A stretch of 64,000 nt of DNA, taken from Bacteroidota bacterium. Its GTDB lineage: Bacteria; Bacteroidota; Bacteroidia; Bacteroidales; PUMT01. Each line of letters begins with the position of its first letter. The stretch's first letter is position 1. A model generated the notes under the pieces. The model saw nothing but the letters and a program-made list of their open reading frames with translations, did not search any database and had not been told where the DNA came from. The DNA is taken from contig PUMT01000231.1 of assembly GCA_003551495.1 (NCBI GenBank), positions 26,685-90,684 on the forward strand. The letters run 5' to 3'. Shown here one piece after another: positions 25,772 to 35,293 of the stretch. The translations under genes and the position numbers were made by a program.

Positions 25772-28363
25772 ATGCGGATTATTAAGTTTATCCTGGCTGG
25801 CATTTTTCTGCTTCTGTCAATTGCAGTTTCCCTCGGGGTTATAATAGCCCATATATACGGGGATGATGTTAAACGGTTTTTTGTTGATGAAATAAACCGG
25901 AATGTTGATACTCAAGTTATTGTAGGTGATTTGAGCTTTTCAGTTTTACGCAGGTTCCCTGATGCTTCAATTGAATTCAAAGATGTGCTGGTAAGACCAT
26001 CAAAGGGTTATGGGAGCAATTCCGGTAATGCTGACACTTTGTTTACTGCGTCAAGCCTGTTTCTTCAATTCAGTATTCTTGACCTCTTCAGGGGAAGTTA
26101 TAATGTTAACGCAATATATGCCTTAAACGGGGAAGCAACTATTTTCACCAGTGAAACCGGAGAAAAAAATTACCGGTTTTGGAAAGAAAACCATACTGAA
26201 CAGGGTGAAATGCAGATAGAGCTGACTGATGTAAGGCTAAATGATTTCGCTTTTTTTTATCAAAACCAAAAGACCTCAAATACTTTTAAAGGGCATATTA
26301 ACTCGCTTCACCTTAAAGGCTCCTTTTCTGGTTCGGCTTCTTCTTTCAGGGTCAATTCCGTAATACAATCAGACAAATTTTCAACCAATGGAACAATTTA
26401 TAAACGCAATCACAACATTCGCGCCGGAGTAGAAGTTCAGGCTGAAAACGGGGAATTTTTATTCAAGGAAGGGATAATCGACATAGACGATGTTAAGCTA
26501 AATGTAAACGGCAGCTATTCAGTTTCAGATAAAGCTGCAGAGGTTTTAATTAATGGAAGCGATATCGAAGCGGAAAGGTTCTTAAATTTAATAACTGAAG
26601 ATAATCGGGTCTTATTAAATGGGATGAATCCTGGAGGATTGATAACATTGAACGGAATGCTGCGAATACCGGCGGAAGGTCTCCTCAGTCCTGACCTCAA
26701 CCTGAAGATAGGGATGGAAAACGGGATACTGTACAAAAACAGGAGAGAAGTTTTCCTTTCCGGAATAATTTTTAGTGGCTCATTTAAAATAAAAGATCTT
26801 AATGACCCGGCAACATCTTTACTGCTGATTGATTCCCTGGCTGCAAAAACTGAAACCGGCAGAATCGGTATAAAAGGTTCAGTAAAAAACCTCGGTTCAC
26901 CGCAGATAAATCTGCAATCAGTAAGCAATCTGAATCTTTATGAGGTTCCCCGATTTGTTAATTTACCAGGAATAAGAGAGATAAACGGGAATATTGAAGC
27001 CACTCTATTGCTCAGGGGTGTATTGGAAAACAGCCGGAAAATCGACTGGAATGCCCTGTCAGGTCTGGACCTGAACGGTCAAATAACTGTAAGAAACGGA
27101 CACATAGAAGTTGAACACTGGAAATACCAGCCAGGCAGAATAAACGGGAAATTCATACTGTCTGATAATATTACAGCCGAGAATCTCGATTTTTTCATTG
27201 ATGATGACTATTTTCTGATAAATGGGGAAATTGAGAATGGACTTGGATATTTGCTTGAGAAAGGCCAAATGATGAGTTTTACAGGAAACATTTTTATTCC
27301 TGATCTTAACCTGGATAATTATATTCAAAAAATCAACACCCCGTCGCAATCTAATGAAAAACCAACAAAACCGGTATTCCCTGAGAACCTTGAGATGAAT
27401 CTGAATTTTGAAACGCAGAATTTTAATTTCAGGAATTTTTCCGCATCAGGGGTAAAAGGGGAACTCACATATAAACCCAGAATGTTTACAGTAAATTCAT
27501 TTGACATTGCTTCAATGGGTGGGAGTATCTCAGGTAATGCTGTAATAGTACAGCGATACAATGACGATTTTTTGATTAACAGCCAGGTTTATCCCAGAGG
27601 TGTTGAAATAGACAAAGTGTTTGCCTCATTCAATAATTTTAATCAGAATTTTATAAAAGATCATAATCTGCGTGGGAGACTGACCGGGAGTATATATTTC
27701 GCCTCTGGATTTTCCCCGGAACTCAATATTATTTCTGAAAGCACCGTGGCTGAAAGTTACATTGAAATTGAATCGGGAGAGCTGGTTTATTTTGAACCCT
27801 TACAGAGTCTTTCCAGGTTTATTGAAGTTTCAGAATTGCAACACATTCAATTTTCTACACTTAAAAATGAAATATTCATCAGCAACAGGCGCATAACTAT
27901 CCCTCAAATGGATATCAATTCATCTGCAATAAATATATCCGGTTCCGGGATTCATTATTTTGACAGTGAATTTGAGTACCGCCTGAGGGTTGGCTTGTCT
28001 GATGTATTATACGGCAGGTCAAGGGCGGCGAGGACTTTAACTCCTGAATTTGCTGTTGTAGAGGAACATGGAAGGGGCGGTGCAAACCTGTTTCTTCTGG
28101 TTGCCGGTAATTCCGATGATTATGAAGTTTCGTATGACCGTCAGGCCGCCAGGGAAGCCTTGCGTGAGCAGATACGGGATGAAAGGAGCTTGTTGAAAGG
28201 AATTCTTAACCAGGAGTTTGGATGGTTCAGCAATGACTCATCAATAACAGACCTGCCGCCAAAGAGTGAATCACCTTCACGTTTCCGGATTGTCTGGGAT
28301 GAGGAAGTAAAACAGGATACACTTAAAAAGAAGCCACCTGATAAAAACGGCCTTAGACGTTAG
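25772..28363 (+). CDS. AsmA-family protein (large envelope protein)
   Basis: 863 aa with an N-terminal membrane anchor and a long beta-rich body with an AsmA-like C-terminal region. The family call is from overall architecture. Confidence 0.55.
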   Translation: MRIIKFILAGIFLLLSIAVSLGVIIAHIYGDDVKRFFVDEINRNVDTQVIVGDLSFSVLRRFPDASIEFKDVLVRPSKGYGSNSGNADTLFTASSLFLQFSILDLFRGSYNVNAIYALNGEATIFTSETGEKNYRFWKENHTEQGEMQIELTDVRLNDFAFFYQNQKTSNTFKGHINSLHLKGSFSGSASSFRVNSVIQSDKFSTNGTIYKRNHNIRAGVEVQAENGEFLFKEGIIDIDDVKLNVNGSYSVSDKAAEVLINGSDIEAERFLNLITEDNRVLLNGMNPGGLITLNGMLRIPAEGLLSPDLNLKIGMENGILYKNRREVFLSGIIFSGSFKIKDLNDPATSLLLIDSLAAKTETGRIGIKGSVKNLGSPQINLQSVSNLNLYEVPRFVNLPGIREINGNIEATLLLRGVLENSRKIDWNALSGLDLNGQITVRNGHIEVEHWKYQPGRINGKFILSDNITAENLDFFIDDDYFLINGEIENGLGYLLEKGQMMSFTGNIFIPDLNLDNYIQKINTPSQSNEKPTKPVFPENLEMNLNFETQNFNFRNFSASGVKGELTYKPRMFTVNSFDIASMGGSISGNAVIVQRYNDDFLINSQVYPRGVEIDKVFASFNNFNQNFIKDHNLRGRLTGSIYFASGFSPELNIISESTVAESYIEIESGELVYFEPLQSLSRFIEVSELQHIQFSTLKNEIFISNRRITIPQMDINSSAINISGSGIHYFDSEFEYRLRVGLSDVLYGRSRAARTLTPEFAVVEEHGRGGANLFLLVAGNSDDYEVSYDRQAAREALREQIRDERSLLKGILNQEFGWFSNDSSITDLPPKSESPSRFRIVWDEEVKQDTLKKKPPDKNGLRR

Positions 28364-28496
28364 TTTCAATCCGGGTTTTGGGTTGATTGCTGAACAATTC
28401 AATTGAACCTGTGTTAGAAAGCACTAATACCTGGATGGATGCAGAAATGAGCAGGGGAAAGTGTTTTTTCACAAATATCTTTAGTTACGGGATAAA

Positions 28497-29774
28497 ATGA
28501 ATTTTAAAAAAAAAATCAACCGGGGTGATATAGAACTACTTTCACCTGCAGGATCTTTCGAGTCTTTGATGGCTGCAATTCAGGGAGGAGCAGATGCTGT
28601 TTACTTCGGCGCAGGCGAGCTTAATATGAGGATACGGTCTGCAAACAACTTTTCTCTTGACGATCTGGCTGAGGTTGCCGAAATATGCCGCAAAAACAGT
28701 ATCAAATCCTATCTGACAGTCAACACTGTTGTTTACGACGGGGAAACTGCAATGATGAGAGAAATTGTGAGAGAAGCAAAAAAAAGCGGTATTTCTGCAA
28801 TAATTGCAACAGACCATTCTGTAATTTCATTTGCACATTCAATCGGTATGGAAGTGCATATTTCTACACAGGTTAACATTTCAAATATTGAATCTGTGAA
28901 ATTTTATTCCAAATATGCCGATGTTATGGTTCTTGCAAGAGAACTGACCCTGGAACAAACAGGAGCAATTTGCAGGGCGGTTCAAAAAGAGCAGATAAAA
29001 GGCCCGTCAGGTAAAAATGTTGCAATTGAGATCTTTATTCACGGTGCCCTTTGCATGGCTGTTTCAGGAAAATGCTATTTAAGCCTCCATGAAAAAAATT
29101 TATCTGCCAACAGGGGGTCATGCATTCAAACCTGCCGTAAATCATATCTTGTAAGAGAAAAGGAATCGGGTTATGAGCTGGTGATTGACGGCGAGTATAT
29201 TATGTCGCCTAAAGATCTATGTACTATTCATTTTTTAAATAAAATCATTGATTCAGGTGCCACAGTCCTGAAAATTGAAGGAAGAGCGCGTTCACCTGAA
29301 TATGTAAAAATAGTTACGCAGTGTTACAATGAAGCACTGGAATCTATAGCAGCTGGAACATACAGTGCAGATAAAATAGATAACTGGAAAAAAAGGCTTT
29401 CAACAGTATTTAACAGGGGTTTCTGGGATGGGTATTACCTGGGCCAGAAAATGGGAGAATGGAGCCATAAATACGGTTCTGATGCTGCAATGAAAAAGGT
29501 GTATGTAGGCAAGGGCACCAATTATTATTCTAAAATCAATGTGGCTGAATTTATTATTGAAAACGGCACACTTTCTGTTGGTGACCAAATATTAATTATA
29601 GGCCCAACAACAGGTGTTATTGAAACAACAGTAAAGGAATTAAGAACCGGTAACGGACCGGTTTATGAAGCAGTCAAAGGTGAAGCCTGCTCGATATATG
29701 TTGACCGGATCGTCAGGCGTTCTGACAAGCTTTACAAATTTGTTAGAAAAACCGGCTACGAAAACCCCGGTTAA
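28497..29774 (+). CDS. Peptidase U32 family protein
   Basis: 425 aa with the N-terminal ELLSPAGSFESLMAAIQGGADAVYFG and the U32 core (IFIHGALCMAVSGKCYLS, KIEGR). Confidence 0.85.
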   Translation: MNFKKKINRGDIELLSPAGSFESLMAAIQGGADAVYFGAGELNMRIRSANNFSLDDLAEVAEICRKNSIKSYLTVNTVVYDGETAMMREIVREAKKSGISAIIATDHSVISFAHSIGMEVHISTQVNISNIESVKFYSKYADVMVLARELTLEQTGAICRAVQKEQIKGPSGKNVAIEIFIHGALCMAVSGKCYLSLHEKNLSANRGSCIQTCRKSYLVREKESGYELVIDGEYIMSPKDLCTIHFLNKIIDSGATVLKIEGRARSPEYVKIVTQCYNEALESIAAGTYSADKIDNWKKRLSTVFNRGFWDGYYLGQKMGEWSHKYGSDAAMKKVYVGKGTNYYSKINVAEFIIENGTLSVGDQILIIGPTTGVIETTVKELRTGNGPVYEAVKGEACSIYVDRIVRRSDKLYKFVRKTGYENPG

Positions 29775-30481
29775 TAATTCTTATCATAATGCTCTATAAG
29801 GCGTGCAATATCCCTGGCCTCTCCCATATCAAGATCTTCCTGCCTTATCAATTGGACCAAACCCCTCCTCTTTTCATCGGTGAACCTGCCAAAAAAGGAA
29901 GTTTCAGCAAGGGTATTCAGGACTGAACTTTGCCTTTTACGAAATTCGTCAACGCTTCCGTCTTCCCTTATCAGATAATACCTGCTTGTAGGAGTAAACC
30001 TTTTTTCAGGAGAAGGCTGGCCGTACCCTGGAACAAGTTCTTCCTGGAATCTTTGCCTGAAACGCTCAATGAATGTGATGCCTCCTTCATAATGTACAAT
30101 GTAAAATGTTTCGGAGTCAAGTCCTTCACCCTGAAAACCTTTTCTGAAAGTAACAGTGTCCCTTATATCCCCTCTTCTGTATCTCATTTGAAATTCCTTT
30201 ATAAGGTGGTTTTTCAGGGAATACACCCTCCCTTCATGGGAATATTCAATTTCATTTTCATATGCGTTATAACGGATCAGTGCATCCCTGAAAACTTCTC
30301 CGCTTATAAGATGTACATCTCCGGTAGTGAAATCTTCATCAAAGTAGGGCGTACCATGTATCCCGGCATATCGTTTAATTGTTAAACGCTCCCCGGTTAC
30401 AACATCCTGCACGTACTGTGCATTAAGAGCAGCTGAAGAGGCGGTAAAAATTACAATGATAATTAATGCAAATTTTTTCAT
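29771..30481 (-). CDS. Secreted hypothetical protein (paralog of 19403-20059)
   Basis: 236 aa with a signal peptide (MKKFALIIIVIFTASSAALNA). It shares the GDVHL...IRYNAYENEIE motif and a C-terminal LIEHYDKNY with the other copy. Confidence 0.55.
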   Translation of the reverse strand: MKKFALIIIVIFTASSAALNAQYVQDVVTGERLTIKRYAGIHGTPYFDEDFTTGDVHLISGEVFRDALIRYNAYENEIEYSHEGRVYSLKNHLIKEFQMRYRRGDIRDTVTFRKGFQGEGLDSETFYIVHYEGGITFIERFRQRFQEELVPGYGQPSPEKRFTPTSRYYLIREDGSVDEFRKRQSSVLNTLAETSFFGRFTDEKRRGLVQLIRQEDLDMGEARDIARLIEHYDKNY

Positions 30482-30696
30482 ATTGCTATTTATTTAATTT
30501 CTATAGGGTATTTCATTATATAAAGGATATTCAGCACAAACTAAAATATTAGACAGAGTTAAAGTAAACTGGTTTAATCGTTGTAATATTTTTGTAAATA
30601 TAATAGTAAAAATTGGCAGATATTTTAAATAATAAACACAAATTAAAGCTTTTTGGTATATTGCATATCTGAAAATTTTTTATATCAAAGTGCATG

Positions 30697-31635
30697 TCAG
30701 TAACCCTTTGACCTGTATTTCTCATTATCTTCAAAATAAATGCTCAAATAGCTTTCATATCTTTCTTCACTAATCTCTTTATCATAAACAGCCTGTCTTA
30801 CCGCACATCCAGGTTCCCTGACATGCATGCAGTTATAATATTTGCAGTTTTCAGATTTTTTGAAGATCTCAGGAAAATAATGAAACAGCTCATCCCTGTC
30901 AATATCGATAATGCCAAAACCTTTTATGCCGGGGGTATCTATAATAAAACCGCCAATATCAAGTGTGTGCATTTCAGGAAAAGTTGTTGTGTGTTTCCCT
31001 GTTTTATGATATTTTGAAACCTCGTTTGTCCTGATATTATGCCGGGGGTCTATTATATTTATAAGTGTTGATTTACCAACCCCTGAGTTGCCTGCAAGTA
31101 CACTTATTTTCCCTTTCAGGGTACTTTTCAGCTTTTCAATACCCGATTTATCTACAGCAGAAGTTGCAAGGCACTGGTATCCGATATTTTCATAAATACC
31201 GGAAAGATATTGCATCCTGACAACCAGTTCATTGTCGTAAATATCGGTTTTATTGAAAATGATCCCTGCAGGGATTCTGTATGCCTCGGCTATGCAAAGG
31301 AACCTGTCGATAAAACGTAGCGGAGTTTCCGGCAGTTTCAGTGTAACTATCAAAAATGCCTGATCAACGTTTGCTGCAAGTATGTGTGAACTTTTTGAAA
31401 GCTTTGATGACTTTCTTATTATATAGTTTTTCCTGTCAAGGATATCAGTTATAACACCAGTACCTTCCCGTTCAATTCTGTAAAATTCCACACGGTCTCC
31501 TACTGCAACCGGATTTGTGCTTCTTATTCCGCGTGTACGAAGATTACCCCTGATTGAACAACTCACCTTATTGTTAAGGGAATCAATTACAGTGTGCCAT
31601 TTACCTGTTGTTTTTATTACAAGACCCTGCTCCAA
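30697..31635 (-). CDS. rsgA: Ribosome small subunit-dependent GTPase A
   Basis: 312 aa with an N-terminal OB fold, circularly permuted GTPase motifs (NKTD...GNSGVGKSTLIN) and a C-terminal zinc knuckle (CKYYNCMHVREPGCAV). Confidence 0.9.
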   Translation of the reverse strand: MEQGLVIKTTGKWHTVIDSLNNKVSCSIRGNLRTRGIRSTNPVAVGDRVEFYRIEREGTGVITDILDRKNYIIRKSSKLSKSSHILAANVDQAFLIVTLKLPETPLRFIDRFLCIAEAYRIPAGIIFNKTDIYDNELVVRMQYLSGIYENIGYQCLATSAVDKSGIEKLKSTLKGKISVLAGNSGVGKSTLINIIDPRHNIRTNEVSKYHKTGKHTTTFPEMHTLDIGGFIIDTPGIKGFGIIDIDRDELFHYFPEIFKKSENCKYYNCMHVREPGCAVRQAVYDKEISEERYESYLSIYFEDNEKYRSKGY

Positions 31636-31640
31636 ATTTA

Positions 31641-32975
31641 TCAGGTTAGTTTATGTTTTTTAAGGAAATCTTTAATTACATCAGAAAGATCAGGCTTCCC
31701 AATCTCCTGAAGCTCATAACTTATCTTGACATTTGGTTTGTTTATCCTGATTACCCTGCTGATATCAATGGGAGTTGCTATGGCAACCAGATCGCATGGT
31801 GTGTTTTCAATAGTAACTTCGAGATCTTTAACCTGCTGGGGACTGTAACCCATTGAGGGGAGAACCGGACCGAGTTCAGGATACTGCTCATAGGTTTCCT
31901 TTAATTTACCGACTGCATAAGGACGCGGGTCCACCAGCTCGCTTGCACCATATTTTAATGCGGTAATACTGCCATAACTGTGTTTTATTTCACCGTGAGT
32001 AACAGTTGGGCCTTCTTCAATCACCAGAACACGTTTTCCTTTAAAAAGTCCCGGATTATCAACAAAAGTAGGTGAACAAGCATCAACAAATATTGCATTG
32101 GGAGCAGTTTTTGCAGCATTTTTCCGAACAAGTTGAAGATCTTTAAGGTCGGCACTTTCTATTTTATTTATAACCACAACATCAGCTATACGAAGAGTTG
32201 TTTCACCCGGGTAGTAGCTTAACTCATGTCCTGCACGCTGTGGATCAACCATGGTAATCATAAGGTCGGGCTTTATAAAGGGGAAATCGTTGTTGCCACC
32301 ATCCCACAGAATAACATCGCAATCTTCCTTTTCAGCTTCACGCAGGATTGCTTCATAATCAACACCCGAATAAATTACGGTATTGCGTATTACATGTGGT
32401 TCATATTCTTCCATCTCTTCAATTGTACATTCATGCTTTTGCAGGTCCTCAATTGAAGCAAAGCGCTGAACGGCCTGCTTGACAAGATTTCCGTAAGGCA
32501 TAGGATGGCGTATAGCCACAACTCTTATTCCTTCTGATTTAAGTATTTCTGCGATTCTTCTGGATGCTTCACTTTTTCCGCCGCCCGTTCTTACAGCACC
32601 TGTTGCTATTACCGGTTTAGTCGACTTTAACATAGTGGAGTTAAGCCCGAGAAGTTTAAAGTCTGCTCCGGAAGCGTTTACTAAGGCTGCAAGGTTCATT
32701 ACTTTGTTATAAGACATGTCACTGTAGGAAAAAACACATTCTTCAACGTTATATTCATTTATCAGTTCAGCAAGTCCCTCTTCGGAACAGATAGGTATGC
32801 CGTCAGGGTATTGTTCTCCTGCAAGGTCTGCAGGGTATCTCCGGTTATCAATATCTGGTATTTGTGCGGCGGTAAATGCTACGACATTAAAATCCGGATT
32901 GTTTCGGTAGCAGGTGTTAAAATTGTGAAAATCCCTTCCGGCTGCACCGATAATAATCACATTTCTCTTTTGCAT
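31641..32975 (-). CDS. COG2403-type P-loop protein (predicted GTPase / cyclic 2,3-diphosphoglycerate synthetase-like)
   Basis: 444 aa with the N-terminal IIIGAAGRDFHNFN, Walker A-like RTGGGKSE, RHPMPYG and WDGGNND. The family was recalled from memory. Confidence 0.5.
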   Translation of the reverse strand: MQKRNVIIIGAAGRDFHNFNTCYRNNPDFNVVAFTAAQIPDIDNRRYPADLAGEQYPDGIPICSEEGLAELINEYNVEECVFSYSDMSYNKVMNLAALVNASGADFKLLGLNSTMLKSTKPVIATGAVRTGGGKSEASRRIAEILKSEGIRVVAIRHPMPYGNLVKQAVQRFASIEDLQKHECTIEEMEEYEPHVIRNTVIYSGVDYEAILREAEKEDCDVILWDGGNNDFPFIKPDLMITMVDPQRAGHELSYYPGETTLRIADVVVINKIESADLKDLQLVRKNAAKTAPNAIFVDACSPTFVDNPGLFKGKRVLVIEEGPTVTHGEIKHSYGSITALKYGASELVDPRPYAVGKLKETYEQYPELGPVLPSMGYSPQQVKDLEVTIENTPCDLVAIATPIDISRVIRINKPNVKISYELQEIGKPDLSDVIKDFLKKHKLT

Positions 32976-33147
32976 AAAGTAAAGTTTGAATTAGTACTCT
33001 GGTTAAATAATATGAAGAATTATTTTCATTAAAGGTAAAAAATTCTTTTAATTACTGTGAAAAAAATACCTTCACTATTAAAATGCCTCAGCCAGTGGAC
33101 TATGCGGACTTGTTTAAAGAGCTATAAACATAAAAAAATATAAATAA

Positions 33148-33212
33148 ATGGGGGTTTGCCTGCATTAGTTTTCATTCGTACAAATGAGTTTTTTTTAACT
33201 GATTTTGAAAAT
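33148..33212 (+). repeat. Possible degenerate third copy of the repeat core
   Basis: It shares ATGGGGGTTTG, ACAAATG and GATTT(T)GAAA(A)T with the 76-nt core. The hairpin arms become TTTTCA / TGAAAA versus ATTTCA / TGAAAT in copies A and B. The alignment is hand-made and has gaps. Confidence 0.3.
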
Positions 33213-33251
33213 ATATTTATTTATTTTTATAGGGTAAAAATAGTATTATTG

Positions 33252-33866
33252 ATGAATTTTTTGGCACACATATACTTATCAGGTGATTCTGACCAGATAA
33301 AGGTGGGTAATTTTATCGGGGATTACGTTAAGGGAAACAATTATGAGAAATATCCCGAACTCGTAAAAAAGGGTATTATTCTGCACAGGGAAATCGATTA
33401 TTTTACCGACCATCACCCTATATTTAACAAGAGTAAAAGGCATTTGCAAAAACGGTATCACAAATATGCAGGTGTGATCGTAGATATATTCTATGATCAT
33501 TTCCTGGCAAGTGAATGGGAAAATTTTTCAAAAGTACCGTTACCTGGCTTTGTAATAAATATGCACGAGATACTCGTTGCGAATTATTTCATTCTGCCTT
33601 CTGAGATTAAAGCCTTTCTTCCTTTTTTTATTATAAACAACTGGCTTGAGGCATATACTACAATTGATGGTATTGCCAGTGTTTTAAAGCGAATGACAAA
33701 GAGAACTTCCCTGCCCCGGGAGACTTCATTTGCAATTTCTGAACTGCGGGAAAAATACAGTATTTTCAGGGAAGATTTTTACAGATTTTTCCCCGATCTG
33801 ATCAACAGTGTTGAAAACGGCTACGGAATACCTGTTTCAAAAGTTCATTTGCGATCGCCACAATAA
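33252..33866 (+). CDS. acpH: Acyl carrier protein phosphodiesterase
   Basis: It starts MNFLAHIYLSGD...GNFIGDYVKG, the AcpH family signature. The track ORF extends upstream from a TTG (33156), which I consider spurious. Confidence 0.8.
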   Translation: MNFLAHIYLSGDSDQIKVGNFIGDYVKGNNYEKYPELVKKGIILHREIDYFTDHHPIFNKSKRHLQKRYHKYAGVIVDIFYDHFLASEWENFSKVPLPGFVINMHEILVANYFILPSEIKAFLPFFIINNWLEAYTTIDGIASVLKRMTKRTSLPRETSFAISELREKYSIFREDFYRFFPDLINSVENGYGIPVSKVHLRSPQ

Positions 33867-33874
33867 AGTGGTTA

Positions 33875-35293
33875 TTATTTCATAAGTGCCATTCTGCCGG
33901 CATCCATACGCAGGAGGACAAAAAGCATCAGGGTGAAAGACCAAAGGGATGATCCCCCGTAACTGATAAAAGGCAAAGGAATTCCAACGACCGGGACAAG
34001 ACCCAGTGCCATACCAATATTTATAGCAAAATGGAAAAAAAGAACCGAAACTGTGCAATAGCCAAAAATCCTGCAAAATACTGATCGTTGCCGCTCAGAA
34101 ATAAAAATAAGCCTTAACAGCAGTAATACAAATGCCAAAATTACTATAAATGTGCCGGCAAACCCCCATTCCTCGCCTATTGTGCAAAAAATAAAATCGG
34201 TGCTTTGCTCTGGAACGAAATCAAATTTTGTTTGTGTCCCCTGCATGAACCCTTTTCCCCATAGGCCCCCTGATCCTATTGCTATTTTGGATTGGTTGAT
34301 GTTATAACCATCTCCAAGCGGGTCGTTTTCAATACCCAGAATTACATTTATTCTTTTCTGGTGATGCGGCTGCAGTACATTATCAAAAATATAATCTGCA
34401 GAATAAGTAAACAGAAGAGAACCGAAAAGTATAAAAAGTACGGGGACAACGAATTTCAACCGGTGAATCAATACCAGTATCATATAGGGCAAAACAGAGG
34501 CTCCTGCAGCCAGCAAAAAAATATGCTCTGTTTTCAAACCCAGCGTGAAGATTGCATCAGTTGCTTTAATTATACCCCAAAAACCGCCCATTATGGACAG
34601 CCCCATAAAAAGGTACCTGAACCTGCGGCTCAAAATCAAGTATATGAAAGCAGAAAGAACCAGTATAATGAGTATCATATTCAATTCATTGAGCAGTAAT
34701 GCCAGAATAAAGAGTGCTACGAGGAGAATCCCGGCACCAATAACTACCGGCGAGAGTCCCTCCCGGTACAGTGCCAGCGAAAAAGATAAAAAAACTGCTG
34801 ATGATCCCACGTCGGGCTGCATCAGAATAAGCGAAACAGGCAGAAATATCATACCTCCAATCCTGAATAAATTGCGTGTATCGTTAATTCTCCCGGGAAA
34901 TGAATTCAAATATCTTGCAAGAACCAATGCAGTTGTAAGCTTTGCAAATTCAGCCGGCTGTATCTGGATGCCTCCAAACTGAAACCATGATTTTGAGCTG
35001 CTGACCTCTGTCCCGAAGAAAAGTACAGAAATCAACAACAGTATAGTTGTTGAATAAAACAAATATGAGAATACGTAAAAGAATTTGGTGTCAATAAGCA
35101 TAACCGTTACTGCCAGTATTAATGCCGCTCCAATCCAAATAATCTGCTTGCCGTAGCGTTCACCCGTATTCAGGATAGTTTGGTGGGATTCATCGTAAAC
35201 GGTTGAATAAATATTGAGCCAGCCGGCAAATACCAGCAGAAGGTAAATGATCACTGTCAGCCAATCAATATTTTTCAGCAGATTAGTCCTCAT
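33875..35293 (-). CDS. rodA: Rod shape-determining protein RodA (SEDS family)
   Basis: 472 aa, polytopic, with FtsW/RodA motifs (QPAEFAKL, PEQSTDFIF, GLVPVVGIPLPFISYGGSS). It lies downstream of mrdA. Confidence 0.9.
   Translation of the reverse strand: MRTNLLKNIDWLTVIIYLLLVFAGWLNIYSTVYDESHQTILNTGERYGKQIIWIGAALILAVTVMLIDTKFFYVFSYLFYSTTILLLISVLFFGTEVSSSKSWFQFGGIQIQPAEFAKLTTALVLARYLNSFPGRINDTRNLFRIGGMIFLPVSLILMQPDVGSSAVFLSFSLALYREGLSPVVIGAGILLVALFILALLLNELNMILIILVLSAFIYLILSRRFRYLFMGLSIMGGFWGIIKATDAIFTLGLKTEHIFLLAAGASVLPYMILVLIHRLKFVVPVLFILFGSLLFTYSADYIFDNVLQPHHQKRINVILGIENDPLGDGYNINQSKIAIGSGGLWGKGFMQGTQTKFDFVPEQSTDFIFCTIGEEWGFAGTFIVILAFVLLLLRLIFISERQRSVFCRIFGYCTVSVLFFHFAINIGMALGLVPVVGIPLPFISYGGSSLWSFTLMLFVLLRMDAGRMALMK

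Noticed and set aside
28506-28516. A long poly-A run (about 10-11 nt) at codons 4-7 of the U32 peptidase gene, considered as a slipped-strand phase-variation site.
   Set aside because: It encodes Lys-Lys-Lys in an AT-rich genome, and the ORF track reads through it in frame. My manual nucleotide count differs by one from the track frame, so I cannot state the exact length or claim a frameshift.
29771-29774. Convergent genes (U32 peptidase and the secreted hypothetical protein) whose stop codons overlap in the tetranucleotide TTAA.
   Set aside because: This is a real but trivial compaction feature. No terminator or regulatory structure is implied by the sequence.
33156-33251. Upstream extensions of the track ORFs for acpH (33156) and the ABC-2 permease (55169), and TTG-initiated extensions for ispB (11731) and the S41 peptidase (14037).
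   Set aside because: The extensions have no homology-like content or overlap the preceding gene. Canonical ATG starts that give family-typical N-termini lie downstream.
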